64,000 nucleotides of DNA, taken from positions 32,001-96,000 of the forward strand of contig CAXXSL010000011.1 in assembly GCA_963675525.2 (NCBI GenBank). Direction: 5' to 3'. Shown here piece after piece: positions 22,916-32,513 of this stretch (position 1 is the stretch's first letter; each line of letters begins with the position of its first letter). The notes beneath the pieces are model-generated. The model saw only the letters and a list, made by a program, of their open reading frames with translations, was not told where the DNA came from and did no database searches. The translations under genes and the position numbers were made by a program. Source of the DNA: Anaerohalosphaeraceae bacterium. GTDB lineage: Bacteria; Planctomycetota; Phycisphaerae; Sedimentisphaerales; Anaerohalosphaeraceae.

Positions 22916-23580
22916 TGCCTTACATCCCGCCAGTTTTTTTTCTGATGGTTCTTTTCGCCTATCTTTTAGGTTCGATACCGTTCGGTTTTCTGATTGCCAA
23001 AGCTCAAGGCATCGACTTGCGCATAGTCGGCTCCGGCAACATCGGGGCGACTAACACCGCGCGGGCGCTCGGCAAAAAATGGGGGATACTCTGCATGCTG
23101 CTCGATATCTTAAAGGGATTGGTGCCGATGCTGGTAGTACGTGAGCAAAATGCAGACCCGCTGCAACTGACGCTATGGCTGCTGATCGGCTGCGCGGCGG
23201 TTTTGGGACATGTGTTTCCAGTCTATCTGAAATTCAAAGGCGGCAAAGGCGTCGCCACCAGTTTGGGGATCGTATTAGGATTGTGGCCGTATTACACGCT
23301 TTGCGGAATCGCCGCATTTGCCGTCTGGGTAATTTTTCTGCTGATCTGGCGATATGTTTCGGTGGCCTCCATCGCCGCGGCGATTTGTTTTCCGGTTTTT
23401 CTGGGAGTAGCGATCCTTTATGTTGAAAGCTGGAAAATCCGGCAACTCTGGCCCTTGCTGATCATCGCCGTGCTCATGGCTCTGCTGGTCGTCATCCGGC
23501 ATACCGATAACATCAAACGGCTCATGGAAGGCACCGAAAACAAAAGCTTCCAAACGAAAACCGCACCGACGGACGATTAA
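22915..23580 (+). CDS. plsY: Glycerol-3-phosphate acyltransferase PlsY
   Basis: YLLGSIPFG, GSGNIGATN, DILKG, GHVFP..FKGGKGVAT, RHTDNIKRL. Confidence 0.96.
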   Translation: MPYIPPVFFLMVLFAYLLGSIPFGFLIAKAQGIDLRIVGSGNIGATNTARALGKKWGILCMLLDILKGLVPMLVVREQNADPLQLTLWLLIGCAAVLGHVFPVYLKFKGGKGVATSLGIVLGLWPYYTLCGIAAFAVWVIFLLIWRYVSVASIAAAICFPVFLGVAILYVESWKIRQLWPLLIIAVLMALLVVIRHTDNIKRLMEGTENKSFQTKTAPTDD

Positions 23581-23582
23581 TA

Positions 23583-25745
23583 CTATCGTAATGCTTCAAT
23601 AGCTTTATGGAATTCAGCAAACTCGGTAATCGGTTGTTGACAGACAAAATCTTCACACAGATAAACCGTCACGTTATCATTAATTGCTTTGCGTTCCTTG
23701 ACTGTTTCAGCGATTTCTTCCAGTAACGAAATGTCTATTTCCGGATTCCGTATCAATATCACTGTTCTCGGCAGGAAGTGTTTTCGCAGCTGCCCCAACA
23801 TGACTTGTGTTTCTGATTGTCGCGATTGGTCGGCAATGACAATTTCAGACCGCGGCCCAAGCCACAAATCGGCCGCAATCAACATTTCCGTCAATGAAGT
23901 GCCCTTATTTTTTAGGTCACCCTGATAAAATTTAAGCACTTTTTCCGCCGACATCATCCATTTCTTCTGTCCGGTCAATTCCGCCAGACGAATTAACTCG
24001 GCCGCAGCAACGGAGTTTCCGGAGGGAATCGCTCCATCATAACCGGGACGTGTGCGCACCACCAATTCTTCTGCATCGCTGCCGGTCAAATAGAATCCGC
24101 CGGTTTGTTTGTCTTCAAAAAGTTGTGTCATCTGCCCGACCAGTTCAACGGCCTTTTTCAGCCAGACGGGGTTGAAATCGGCCTGGTATAAGTCAATCAA
24201 TCCCCGAATCAGATAGACATAATCATTCAACACCGCGTATTCATGAGCTTGGCCGTTGGCGTAATATCGCATCAAACGTCGGTCTTTGTATAGGTTTTGG
24301 AGAACGAAATCCGCACTTTTTTGGGCGGCCTGGATATATTCAGGCTCAACCAATACCGCCCCGCCATAGGCCAACGAGGAAATCATCAATCCATTCCAAC
24401 CGGTGATGATCTTTTCGTCACGATGGGGTCGAATCCGTTTTTCTCTTGCGGTAAATAATTTTCTTCGGGCACTGTCAAGAATCTTAACTGCATCATCCAT
24501 GTCCACGTCTGCGTTTTTGGCCGCCTCTGAAAGCGGCATTGCCACATGGAGAATACTTTTGCGACGCTCGAAATTGCCCCGGTCTGTCACACCATAATAA
24601 GATGTTACCAGTTCTGCTTCTTTTCGGCTAAGCAGTTTATCAATCTGTTTTGGCTCCCAGACATAAAAAACTCCTTCATGGCCTTGGCTGTCTGCGTCTT
24701 CAGCACTGTAAAACCCTCCTCCGGGACTGATCATGTCACGGCGTACATAGTCAAATATTTCCTTTAGCACCTTTCGGTAGTCATCTTTGCCTGTTATCTG
24801 GTACGCCTGAACAAGAGAGCGGCTAATCAGGGCCTGATCATACAGCATCTTTTCAAAATGCGGAACGAGCCATTGCCGGTCAACCGAATACCGGTGAAAG
24901 CCGCCTCCCAAATGGTCATAGATGCCGCCGTTGGCCATTTTTTCAAGTGTACTTTCCACCATGGCAAGCGAATTTTCGTTATCTGTCCGATGCGAATAAA
25001 TCATCAGAAATGACAGCATGCTCGGTTGGGGGAACTTTGGAGCGGTGCCAAATCCCCCAAACTGTGGATCATAGATCTGCTTGAGGAGTTCGGCTGTACT
25101 TTTTAATGTTCCTTCATCTAATTTCAGTTTGCCGGATTCCTGTACTTTTTCCTTCAAAAATGAGGTGATCTCATCGGCAGAGGTGAGTATTTTATCCCTC
25201 CGGTTTTGCCATGCATCCTGAATCGAAGCCAGCAGGTTTTCAAAACCAGTCTTTCCATACGAATCGGCCGGCGGGAAGTATGTTCCACCATAGAACGGTT
25301 TGCCATCCGCCGTCAAAAAGACCGACAACGGCCAGCCACCACTGCCGGTCGTTTTTTGCACGAAGTCCATATAAACCGCATCGATGTCTGGGCGTTCTTC
25401 ACGGTCAACCTTGATCGAAACGAAATTCGCATTGAGGATTTTTGCAATGTGTTCATTCTCAAAGCTCTCGTGTGCCATCACATGGCACCAATGGCACGTT
25501 GAATAGCCGATCGACAGAAAGATGGGTTTATCCTCCCGCTTTGCCGTTTCAAATGCCTCACTGCCCCACGGGAACCAGTCAACGGGATTCTGTGCATGCT
25601 GCAGCAGATAAGGGCTGGCCTCATGGATCAGGCGATTGGATTGTTTGTATTCCGTATCTTTTGTCACAGGCTCACTTTTTCCGCATGAAACCACGGCCAA
25701 ACAGAGGAATATGACGCCGAAAGTCTTTGTCCCTCGAAACATCAC
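23583..25745 (-). CDS. YyaL/DUF255 thioredoxin plus alpha/alpha-barrel protein with a predicted lipoprotein signal
   Basis: [48 protein letters not shown]. Confidence 0.93.
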   Translation of the reverse strand: MMFRGTKTFGVIFLCLAVVSCGKSEPVTKDTEYKQSNRLIHEASPYLLQHAQNPVDWFPWGSEAFETAKREDKPIFLSIGYSTCHWCHVMAHESFENEHIAKILNANFVSIKVDREERPDIDAVYMDFVQKTTGSGGWPLSVFLTADGKPFYGGTYFPPADSYGKTGFENLLASIQDAWQNRRDKILTSADEITSFLKEKVQESGKLKLDEGTLKSTAELLKQIYDPQFGGFGTAPKFPQPSMLSFLMIYSHRTDNENSLAMVESTLEKMANGGIYDHLGGGFHRYSVDRQWLVPHFEKMLYDQALISRSLVQAYQITGKDDYRKVLKEIFDYVRRDMISPGGGFYSAEDADSQGHEGVFYVWEPKQIDKLLSRKEAELVTSYYGVTDRGNFERRKSILHVAMPLSEAAKNADVDMDDAVKILDSARRKLFTAREKRIRPHRDEKIITGWNGLMISSLAYGGAVLVEPEYIQAAQKSADFVLQNLYKDRRLMRYYANGQAHEYAVLNDYVYLIRGLIDLYQADFNPVWLKKAVELVGQMTQLFEDKQTGGFYLTGSDAEELVVRTRPGYDGAIPSGNSVAAAELIRLAELTGQKKWMMSAEKVLKFYQGDLKNKGTSLTEMLIAADLWLGPRSEIVIADQSRQSETQVMLGQLRKHFLPRTVILIRNPEIDISLLEEIAETVKERKAINDNVTVYLCEDFVCQQPITEFAEFHKAIEALR

Positions 25746-25762
25746 AAAACCCCTGTCTGAAA

Positions 25763-26392
25763 TTAAAAATCTTTGGCTATCTCTTTGGCTTTTTCGATGG
25801 AAGATCCAATCATCTTTTCGATATCTTCCGGGCTGCCGTGCAGCGTCGGCTCCACAATGATCGACTGGATATTTTCAAAGCCCATAAAGCCAAAAATCAG
25901 TTCCATATACTTTTTCTGCAGATCAAACGATTCCGCCTCGCTGCCTTCCGCATAGGCCCCGCCGCGGGCGTAAACAACCAGAACGGGTTTTCCTGTAACC
26001 AATCCCTGATACCCCTGATCGGTAACCGTAAATGTATACCCCGGCTGCACGATCAGATCGAGATACTGTTTGAGTCGGTACGGTATCCCAAAGTTCCACA
26101 TCGGCACAGAAAGAAGATATTTGTCCGCATCCTTAAAATCGGCGATCACCTTTTCGACATCGTCCCAGGCCTGACGTTCTTCGGGGGTATGGTCATTGCC
26201 GTGCATGATCGTGTATTTGGCCTGAACCGCCAAACCGTCAAACACCGGAAGGTCTTCTTCAAATACGTTAAGCGTCCGGACCACGTCAGCCGGATGGCTC
26301 TGTCGATAACTGTCAATAAACCCGGCCGCAACCTGTGTTGACTTCGAACGGTCTTTTCTGGGTGATGCCTGAAGATACAGTAGTTTCGCCAT
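25763..26392 (-). CDS. azoR: FMN-dependent NADH-azoreductase
   Basis: [29 protein letters not shown]. Confidence 0.92.
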   Translation of the reverse strand: MAKLLYLQASPRKDRSKSTQVAAGFIDSYRQSHPADVVRTLNVFEEDLPVFDGLAVQAKYTIMHGNDHTPEERQAWDDVEKVIADFKDADKYLLSVPMWNFGIPYRLKQYLDLIVQPGYTFTVTDQGYQGLVTGKPVLVVYARGGAYAEGSEAESFDLQKKYMELIFGFMGFENIQSIIVEPTLHGSPEDIEKMIGSSIEKAKEIAKDF

Positions 26393-26421
26393 AAATAGTT
26401 CCTTTCATTGGTTATGCTGTA

Positions 26422-26449
26422 TATACGCATATAGGGAATATCCGTTCAG
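26422..26449 (-). promoter_or_regulatory. ECF-sigma-type promoter (CTGAAC-N16-CGTATA) upstream of azoR-yyaL
   Basis: Same -10 element and spacing as the sites at 7988 and 10038. Confidence 0.55.
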
Positions 26450-26541
26450 AGGTTTTTCAACCCAACAGAGCCAAAAAAAAATTGAATAATTGCATTTATT
26501 TGATATACTTCCAGACAAAACCATAGTGAAAGGAGTCTGCT

Positions 26542-27309
26542 GTGAAATATAAACTATTGTTCTGTCTGGTGTTTATCAGCCTGTTTACGGTCGCTCTTGC
26601 AGAGGATTCAGCCCCTCCGAAACCCGAATCCACATTCATGGCCGGCGTGGGAACGATCATTTCTGATAAACCCTATAAAGGCGGCGACACGGAAATTATG
26701 ACAATCCCGATGATTCTCTACCGGAATGACCGTCTGGTTTTTTCAGGTACAAAAATAAGCTACTATCTGATCTACCAGGATGGTTGGAGCGTGAGCATTC
26801 TGGGAGCGCCACGATTTGAGGGGTACGATGATGATGAAAGCATCCACCTGAACGGCATGCACGACAGAAAAGCGACCTATGAAATGGGCATGGAATGTTC
26901 CAGATCGTTTGACTGGGGCACGCTGTCCGGCAAGTTTTTCGCCGATATTCTGGGCAAACATAACGGTCAGGAAGTTCAACTCACCTACAAGAAAAGCTTC
27001 GAGGATGTCCTGAACGTCAAAAGCCTCAGCCTGACCCCCCTGTTCGGCCTGAACTGGCGGAGCAAACAATTGAATGACTATTATTTCGGCGTCGAAGGAA
27101 ATGAAACGACGGCGACCCGGCCGGAATACCACGCCGGCAGCTCAACCGGCATCCTGACAAGTCTGCGAGTCGATTATCCCCTTGGCCGGCGATGGAGCCT
27201 CTTCGGTTCCGTAAACGCCGAATGGCTCAGCAATAAGATTACAGACAGCCCGATCGTTGACGAGGATTATATGCTTTCGGTTATATTGGGAGCAATGTAC
27301 CGTTTTTAA
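26542..27309 (+). CDS. MipA/OmpV-family outer membrane beta-barrel
   Basis: Signal peptide, PYKG, DYYFGV, ITDSPIV, terminal YRF. Confidence 0.88.
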   Translation: MKYKLLFCLVFISLFTVALAEDSAPPKPESTFMAGVGTIISDKPYKGGDTEIMTIPMILYRNDRLVFSGTKISYYLIYQDGWSVSILGAPRFEGYDDDESIHLNGMHDRKATYEMGMECSRSFDWGTLSGKFFADILGKHNGQEVQLTYKKSFEDVLNVKSLSLTPLFGLNWRSKQLNDYYFGVEGNETTATRPEYHAGSSTGILTSLRVDYPLGRRWSLFGSVNAEWLSNKITDSPIVDEDYMLSVILGAMYRF

Positions 27310-27316
27310 GCGTGTA

Positions 27317-28354
27317 CTATAAATCAAAGCCCGCGATTTCAGCGCCGCACTGCGGGCAGCGGTAATCGTCGATGAGGTTCTGCCGGATTTGATACCCTTG
27401 GCGGTCGATCAATAACGCCCCGCAGCTATAACAATAGGTTGACTCGGTCCGAGCCCCCGGCAGGTTGCCTGTGTACACATACCGTAAGCCCGCCTGTCGA
27501 CCGATATCATACGCCCGCTCAAGCACTTTTTCGTCTGTCGGTCCGGTCTCCCTCATTTTATGTTGCGGATAGAAACGGCTGACATGCCAGGGAGTGTCAA
27601 CGGAGATATCCTTGGCAATAAACTCCGCGATCGAACGTAATTCTTCATCCGAATCATTCTTGCCAGGCACGATCAACGTGGTCAGTTCCAGCCAGATATT
27701 GGTCTTTTGAGCAACATAGCGTATCGTTTCAAGCACCGGCCCCAGACGCGACTTACACAAATCGTGATAGTATTCTTCCGTAAAGGCCTTCAGGTCGATA
27801 TTGATTCCGTCCAGCCAGGGTTTGGCAAAATCAACGGCTTCAATGCTCATGAATCCATTGCTCACAAATACATTACGAAGCCCCTTTTTTTTGGCTAACT
27901 GAGCTGTTTCACAGCACAACTCCATGAAAATAGTCGGCTCCGTATAGGTATAGGCGATGCTCTGACAGCCTGTTTGAACGGCCGTTTCGACAATTCGTTC
28001 GGGCAAGCAACTTTCGCCATCCAAAACGTTTTGTTGGTACGGCATTTGGCTGATCTGCCAGTTCTGACAGAAGACACATTGAAAATTGCAACCGGGAGCA
28101 GCGATCGAAAAGCTGCGCGAGCCAGGCTGAAAATGAAATAGGGGTTTTTTTTCGATGGGGTCGGCATTGGCCGCACAGACTTTGTCATAATTCAACGAAT
28201 AAAGAACACCCTCAATATTCCGGCGAACATGACAGCGCCCGACAGCGCCTGCCTGTATCACACACTTCCAGTTGCAAAGCAAACAACGCACGTTCTTATT
28301 CTCAGTCGCATTCCATAGAACCGCTTTTTTCAGATTTGTCTGCTTCTGACTCAT
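27317..28354 (-). CDS. amrS: AmmeMemoRadiSam system radical SAM enzyme
   Basis: DPIEKKPLFHF, GCNFQCVFCQNWQISQ, YTYTEPT, NIDLKAF, WHVSRFYP, C-terminal CxxC pairs. Confidence 0.93.
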   Translation of the reverse strand: MSQKQTNLKKAVLWNATENKNVRCLLCNWKCVIQAGAVGRCHVRRNIEGVLYSLNYDKVCAANADPIEKKPLFHFQPGSRSFSIAAPGCNFQCVFCQNWQISQMPYQQNVLDGESCLPERIVETAVQTGCQSIAYTYTEPTIFMELCCETAQLAKKKGLRNVFVSNGFMSIEAVDFAKPWLDGINIDLKAFTEEYYHDLCKSRLGPVLETIRYVAQKTNIWLELTTLIVPGKNDSDEELRSIAEFIAKDISVDTPWHVSRFYPQHKMRETGPTDEKVLERAYDIGRQAGLRYVYTGNLPGARTESTYCYSCGALLIDRQGYQIRQNLIDDYRCPQCGAEIAGFDL

Positions 28355-28420
28355 ATAGGTGATATTATAAAACAACAGGGAGAAAATGAAAAGAAAACTT
28401 TAGAAGGGAATTCAGCGCAT

Positions 28421-28552
28421 AAAAAAAGGGATGGCCGGCTCTTTTAAGTTATTTAAACAAAATGTGGGCCGCCGTCCCTGTTGCCGCTGTGCCTGATTTG
28501 TGCCTTACCATGGATGGCACGTGGCGTCATGCGCCTGGATTGCACCGACAAC
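28421..28552 (-). ncRNA. Candidate structured non-coding RNA, unassigned (~132 nt)
   Basis: TTGACA-17-TATACT promoter immediately upstream; closing stem GUUGUCG/CGGCAAC with two internal hairpins; terminator stem plus U7. Confidence 0.6.
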
Positions 28553-28558
28553 ATACAA

Positions 28559-28587
28559 AGTATACTCAAAAATAGCTTCAATGTCAA
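28559..28587 (-). promoter_or_regulatory. sigma70-type promoter of the candidate ncRNA
   Basis: TTGACA-N17-TATACT on the minus strand. Confidence 0.75.
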
Positions 28588-28619
28588 GGGGCAGTTGTCA
28601 CAATCACCGGAGAATCTTC

Positions 28620-29276
28620 TTATCTGTCTGTTTTAACCAATACATCTAGATATTTAACGCCCCATTTTTTTGCCTGGCTGTGAGAATCAAAATACAAATC
28701 CAGGCGATTTCCCTTGATAACTCTGCCTCGATCAAGAACTTGCACCGATTGCGTACTATTGTATCCCGGGATGATCATTTGTGTACCAAATCGATAGTAT
28801 TTGTCGGCCGCAACGAAAACGTCCCCTTTGCGGATTCGGCGATTACTGGCCGTTTTGCCATCCGAAAATTTTCCGCAGCATTTCCGGCAGGTACAGTACC
28901 CTGTCACGCGCATACGAACAACATGCCAGGACTCTTTATTTTCAAGCTTGTCATAGGCAATCTCGAAATCGTCCTTCATGAGCATTGAAACAAGGCGTTT
29001 GTCGGTATCCTCAGGCGGCAGCATTTCAGAAACATCCTCGGTATTCTCAGACAACAGCATTTCAGATGCATCCTCATAATCCGCAGCGACCTGCATTTCA
29101 TCAGAAACAGGGGGGGATGGGAACGTGATACGCAGGAAGATCAATGAACCTTCCGCCTGTGTTACTGCAGGATAGATAAAAAAGCCTACAAAACAGGAAA
29201 ACAAAACGATGCCGGAAACAATACCGTAAAACTTCCTGCTTTTCAGTTGGATGAGCTTTACCCAGATATTCTTCAA
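28620..29276 (-). CDS. 3D-domain (MltA/Sps-like) cell-wall protein with an N-terminal TM anchor
   Basis: VTGYC..CCGK, TAS, VAAD, FGT..IPGY, DRG..IKGNRLDLYF, KWG. Confidence 0.88.
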   Translation of the reverse strand: MKNIWVKLIQLKSRKFYGIVSGIVLFSCFVGFFIYPAVTQAEGSLIFLRITFPSPPVSDEMQVAADYEDASEMLLSENTEDVSEMLPPEDTDKRLVSMLMKDDFEIAYDKLENKESWHVVRMRVTGYCTCRKCCGKFSDGKTASNRRIRKGDVFVAADKYYRFGTQMIIPGYNSTQSVQVLDRGRVIKGNRLDLYFDSHSQAKKWGVKYLDVLVKTDR

Positions 29277-29405
29277 TGCAAAAACCTTTCAAACATATAA
29301 TTTTTCTGCCGAATCCACAATGGATTCATGACCAATCTCACAACATACCCATTTATTCGCAGTTGTGTTGTCGCCTGTCTCGAAAGGCCATCCATTTCAT
29401 GAAGC

Positions 29406-29434
29406 AAAAAGCCCCCATTTGCCATGGGGGCTTT
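29406..29434 (-). terminator. Terminator-like hairpin in the leader of the 3D gene
   Basis: AAAGCCCCCAU-GGCAA-AUGGGGGCUUUUU. Confidence 0.6.
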
Positions 29435-29459
29435 CATGTGACTTCTTAGTTGTGGGTTT

Positions 29460-29488
29460 ATGATAGTGAGTATAAAGCTTTTTGTCAA
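29460..29488 (-). promoter_or_regulatory. sigma70-type promoter upstream of the 3D-gene leader
   Basis: TTGACA-N17-TATCAT. Confidence 0.65.
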
Positions 29489-29705
29489 GAAATTTCAGGA
29501 AAGACTTTTCGAGAAAGACCGATAATTAATTGAATAAACGCACTAAGATGTGATAAAAAAAGATTTTACATTAAATCAGGGGTTCTGGACTCCGGAAGTA
29601 TAGTCCGCATTTATTCTTGTGTGGTTTTTCAAAAAACATGAAATTAAAAAGCCGCAGGCATCCTTGCCCACGACTATCAGTACAAGTATCATAAACTACC
29701 GGTTT

Positions 29706-29792
29706 TCAGGCACTTGCGATACACGCAACCAAAGCCCAAAACGCTAAATATGAAGAGTACTCCATTAACAGATATGTGACTTTTCTTTCCAC
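29706..29792 (-). CDS. Unannotated 28-aa hydrophobic peptide MERKVTYLLMEYSSYLAFWALVACIASA
   Basis: AAGGAGG RBS before GTG, upstream TTGCAA/TATAAT promoter, downstream hairpin plus U tract (~29645-29675). Confidence 0.55.
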   Translation of the reverse strand: MERKVTYLLMEYSSYLAFWALVACIASA

Positions 29793-29888
29793 CGCCTCCT
29801 TGAATGATTAACAATGACGATTCGTGTAGAATTATAACGGGTTACTCATGGGTTGCAAACATTTTTTTGTGACATTTTAAGGTTTAAT

Positions 29889-29990
29889 TTACCTTCCTTT
29901 TCCCCTGCCCCGGCTGACAAAAAAAACAATCAATGCCGTAACAATAACAACAACAAGAACTTCGCTCGGACCTAATAAAACCGCAACCAT
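29889..29990 (-). CDS. Unannotated 33-aa single-TM peptide MVAVLLGPSEVLVVVIVTALIVFFVSRGRGKGR
   Basis: GAGGG RBS, upstream TTGACT/GATAAT promoter, TM helix followed by a basic tail. Confidence 0.6.
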   Translation of the reverse strand: MVAVLLGPSEVLVVVIVTALIVFFVSRGRGKGR

Positions 29991-30186
29991 ATATTCCCTC
30001 ATTTATTCGACACGCTTATTTATAAGAATTATCATTTCTTTTGACGGATAGTCAACTCTTTTTTGTATACCTTTTAAAACCGGCCTTTTTCGCATACTTA
30101 AAAAATCAGATTTTTTATTTGCACCCCTGTTTCGTTTTATTATATTAATAGTCGCAGAAATGGGTTACACAGGAAGGAATTGCATT

Positions 30187-30831
30187 ATGAAAAGGGCTTG
30201 TTTTTTTATTTCATTTATCGCTTTTTGTAGCTGTATTCATGTCATCGCCGAATCTGAACCGCCCGCCGTTCATTACGGACAAGCAACCGTTGGCACGGTT
30301 CTCCGGATCGACGAGCAGTGTACACTGTATTGCAATATCGAGGGCTTTCCGGCTATCATCGGTGAGAATATGCCGGTAAAGATCAACGGTTTCAAACCCG
30401 CCCCAGGCAGCGAACTGAATCAGAAAATCAAAATATTTCTCTGCGACTTGTTTTTATCAGAGAATAAAAAGACAAATGTCGTCCGTCTGAAAAACATCGC
30501 CCGGGGTGACACATTTTGCCTGCGTGCCGACATTGAGGTTAACGGCAATGATCTGGGCGATCTGCTGGTTGAAAACGGTCTGGCTAAACGTGTCATCGAG
30601 ATCAAGGGGACATCATCTTCACAATCCCAATCGAATATTGCTCAAGACACGGAACCCGCCAGGCAAACATATCAAAGGAAGGCTTATATTGCATCCAAAA
30701 CCAGTAAAGTCTACCACCGTAGTACCTGTCCGCATGCCGCACGCATGGATCAGACAAAAGCTGTTTATTTTTCAACAAAAGCGGAAGCCGAAAAAACCGG
30801 TCGACGGCCCTGTAAGACATGTAATCCATAG
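30187..30831 (+). CDS. Exported protein with an SNase-like N-domain and a C-terminal Ada-type zinc-binding domain
   Basis: Signal peptide; ADIEVNGNDLGDLLVENGLA; YIASKTSKVYH..C...AEKTGRRPCKTCNP. Confidence 0.8.
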   Translation: MKRACFFISFIAFCSCIHVIAESEPPAVHYGQATVGTVLRIDEQCTLYCNIEGFPAIIGENMPVKINGFKPAPGSELNQKIKIFLCDLFLSENKKTNVVRLKNIARGDTFCLRADIEVNGNDLGDLLVENGLAKRVIEIKGTSSSQSQSNIAQDTEPARQTYQRKAYIASKTSKVYHRSTCPHAARMDQTKAVYFSTKAEAEKTGRRPCKTCNP

Positions 30832-30833
30832 TA

Positions 30834-32477
30834 CTATGGATTGTACCGATTGGTGATGGGCATGCGGCGGTCTCTGCCAAATGCACGAGGGGTAATCTTG
30901 ACTCCCGGTGGATTTTGTCGGCGTTTGTATTCGTTGCGATCCACCATGCGAATGACGCGGCGGACCATTTCTTCCGGAAAACCTGCTTTGATGAGTTCAT
31001 CCGCAGAGTGGTCAAGTTCCACATAATTTTTCAAAACCGCATCCAGCAAGTCATAGTCCGGCAGTGAGTCACTGTCTTTTTGATCATCCCTTAATTCCGC
31101 CGATGGCGGGCGGGTGATAATCGTCTGCGGTATCCGTTCGGTATCAGCTTGCTGGTTAATAAATTCACACAACGTGTAGACCAGCGTCTTGGGGACGTCC
31201 TTGATGACCGCAAAGCCGCCGGCCGTATCGCCGTATAGCGTCGAATAGCCGACCGCCGTTTCGCTCTTATTGCCGGTTGTCAGGACCAGCCAGCCAAATT
31301 GATTGGAGTATGACATCAATATCGTACCGCGAATGCGCGCCTGCAGATTTTCATATGCCAATCCTTTTTCATCCCAGCCGTCCGTCAGCGAAAGCGTTTT
31401 GCTGAATGCATCCAGAGTCTCGGCAATCGGGACACTATGAAATTCAATCCCCAGATTCTCAGCCAGTATTTTTGCGTCGGTGCGGGTTTCACTGGTATTG
31501 AAACGGGATGGCATTGTGATTCCCACGACGTTATCGGAACCCAATGCTTCGGCCGCAATGACAGCCACCAGTGCCGAATCGATCCCGCCGCTAAGCCCAA
31601 TGACCACTTTTGAAAAGCCGTTTTTGCGAATATAATCCCGCGTTCCCAGAACCAACGCCTGATACACTTCGTGCACCTGATCCTCTTCAGATACAAAGAA
31701 CGCCGGGGTTGTCACGGGAATCATATCCAATGAGCCGTCACCTCGCTGCAAATCAATAATGCAAAGATCTTCCCGGAACTCTTTGGCCTGTGTGACAAGG
31801 TCGCCCTGAGCGTCCACGGCCATGCTGCGACCGTCAAACACCAACTCATCCTGCCCTCCCACCAGATTACAGTAAGCCACTGCACAATTGAAATGCCGTG
31901 CGCATCGGGAGAGGATTTCTTTTCGCTGCCGCATCTTTCCGGCATGGAACGGAGAAGCGGAAAGATTAATGATCAAATCAAGTCCGCTTTTGGAGTCACC
32001 CAGAAACGCATCCAGCCAATCCAGATCCCATATATCCTCACAGATAGTTAATGCAATCCTAAGCCCCTGCCGCTCAATAATCACCGGTTTCTGTCCCGGC
32101 GTAAAATAGCGTTTTTCATCGAAAACGCCGTAATTGGGAAGTTGCCCTTTCTGATAAATCTGCTGAATTTTACCGTCCGTGAGAATTGCGGCAGCATTAT
32201 AACACTTCCCGGCTTGTCCATCAGCAAATCCGGCAATAACCGCAATGCCCTCTGTCTCAGAAAGCAATTCCTGCAAGAAAGCTTGATTGTCTGAGATAAA
32301 TTTAGGCTTGTGTAATAAATCCTCGGGCGGATAACCGCAGACGCAAAGTTCCGGAAACACCAGAAAATCGACCTGCTCCTGTTTTGCGGAACGAATCATG
32401 CGGGTCATTTTTTCAACGTTTCCCCGCATATCTCCAACTGTTACATTGATCTGCGCCAAACCGCATCGTAGGGCCAT
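30834..32477 (-). CDS. nadE: Glutamine-dependent NAD+ synthetase
   Basis: Nitrilase domain (FPEL, K in YQKGQLPNY, ICEDIW); GLSGGIDSA, ENLQARIRG, TGNKSE, PPSAEL, NEYKRRQ. Confidence 0.96.
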   Translation of the reverse strand: MALRCGLAQINVTVGDMRGNVEKMTRMIRSAKQEQVDFLVFPELCVCGYPPEDLLHKPKFISDNQAFLQELLSETEGIAVIAGFADGQAGKCYNAAAILTDGKIQQIYQKGQLPNYGVFDEKRYFTPGQKPVIIERQGLRIALTICEDIWDLDWLDAFLGDSKSGLDLIINLSASPFHAGKMRQRKEILSRCARHFNCAVAYCNLVGGQDELVFDGRSMAVDAQGDLVTQAKEFREDLCIIDLQRGDGSLDMIPVTTPAFFVSEEDQVHEVYQALVLGTRDYIRKNGFSKVVIGLSGGIDSALVAVIAAEALGSDNVVGITMPSRFNTSETRTDAKILAENLGIEFHSVPIAETLDAFSKTLSLTDGWDEKGLAYENLQARIRGTILMSYSNQFGWLVLTTGNKSETAVGYSTLYGDTAGGFAVIKDVPKTLVYTLCEFINQQADTERIPQTIITRPPSAELRDDQKDSDSLPDYDLLDAVLKNYVELDHSADELIKAGFPEEMVRRVIRMVDRNEYKRRQNPPGVKITPRAFGRDRRMPITNRYNP

Positions 32478-32513
32478 GAAATTTCCTTCGTTCTAAGTTC
32501 AGGCTTTATTGTA

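Noticed and set aside
28480..28552. tRNA (73 nt with a 7-bp closing stem) or NiCo riboswitch (contains AGCGGCAACAG)
   Set aside because: No TTC T-loop, D-loop or anticodon arm geometry on either strand; the other NiCo elements (GAGCAGG, four-way junction) are missing
29277..29460. c-di-AMP riboswitch upstream of the 3D gene; 71-aa ORF 29273-29488
   Set aside because: The riboswitch consensus is not present; the ORF starts inside the -35 box and has no RBS
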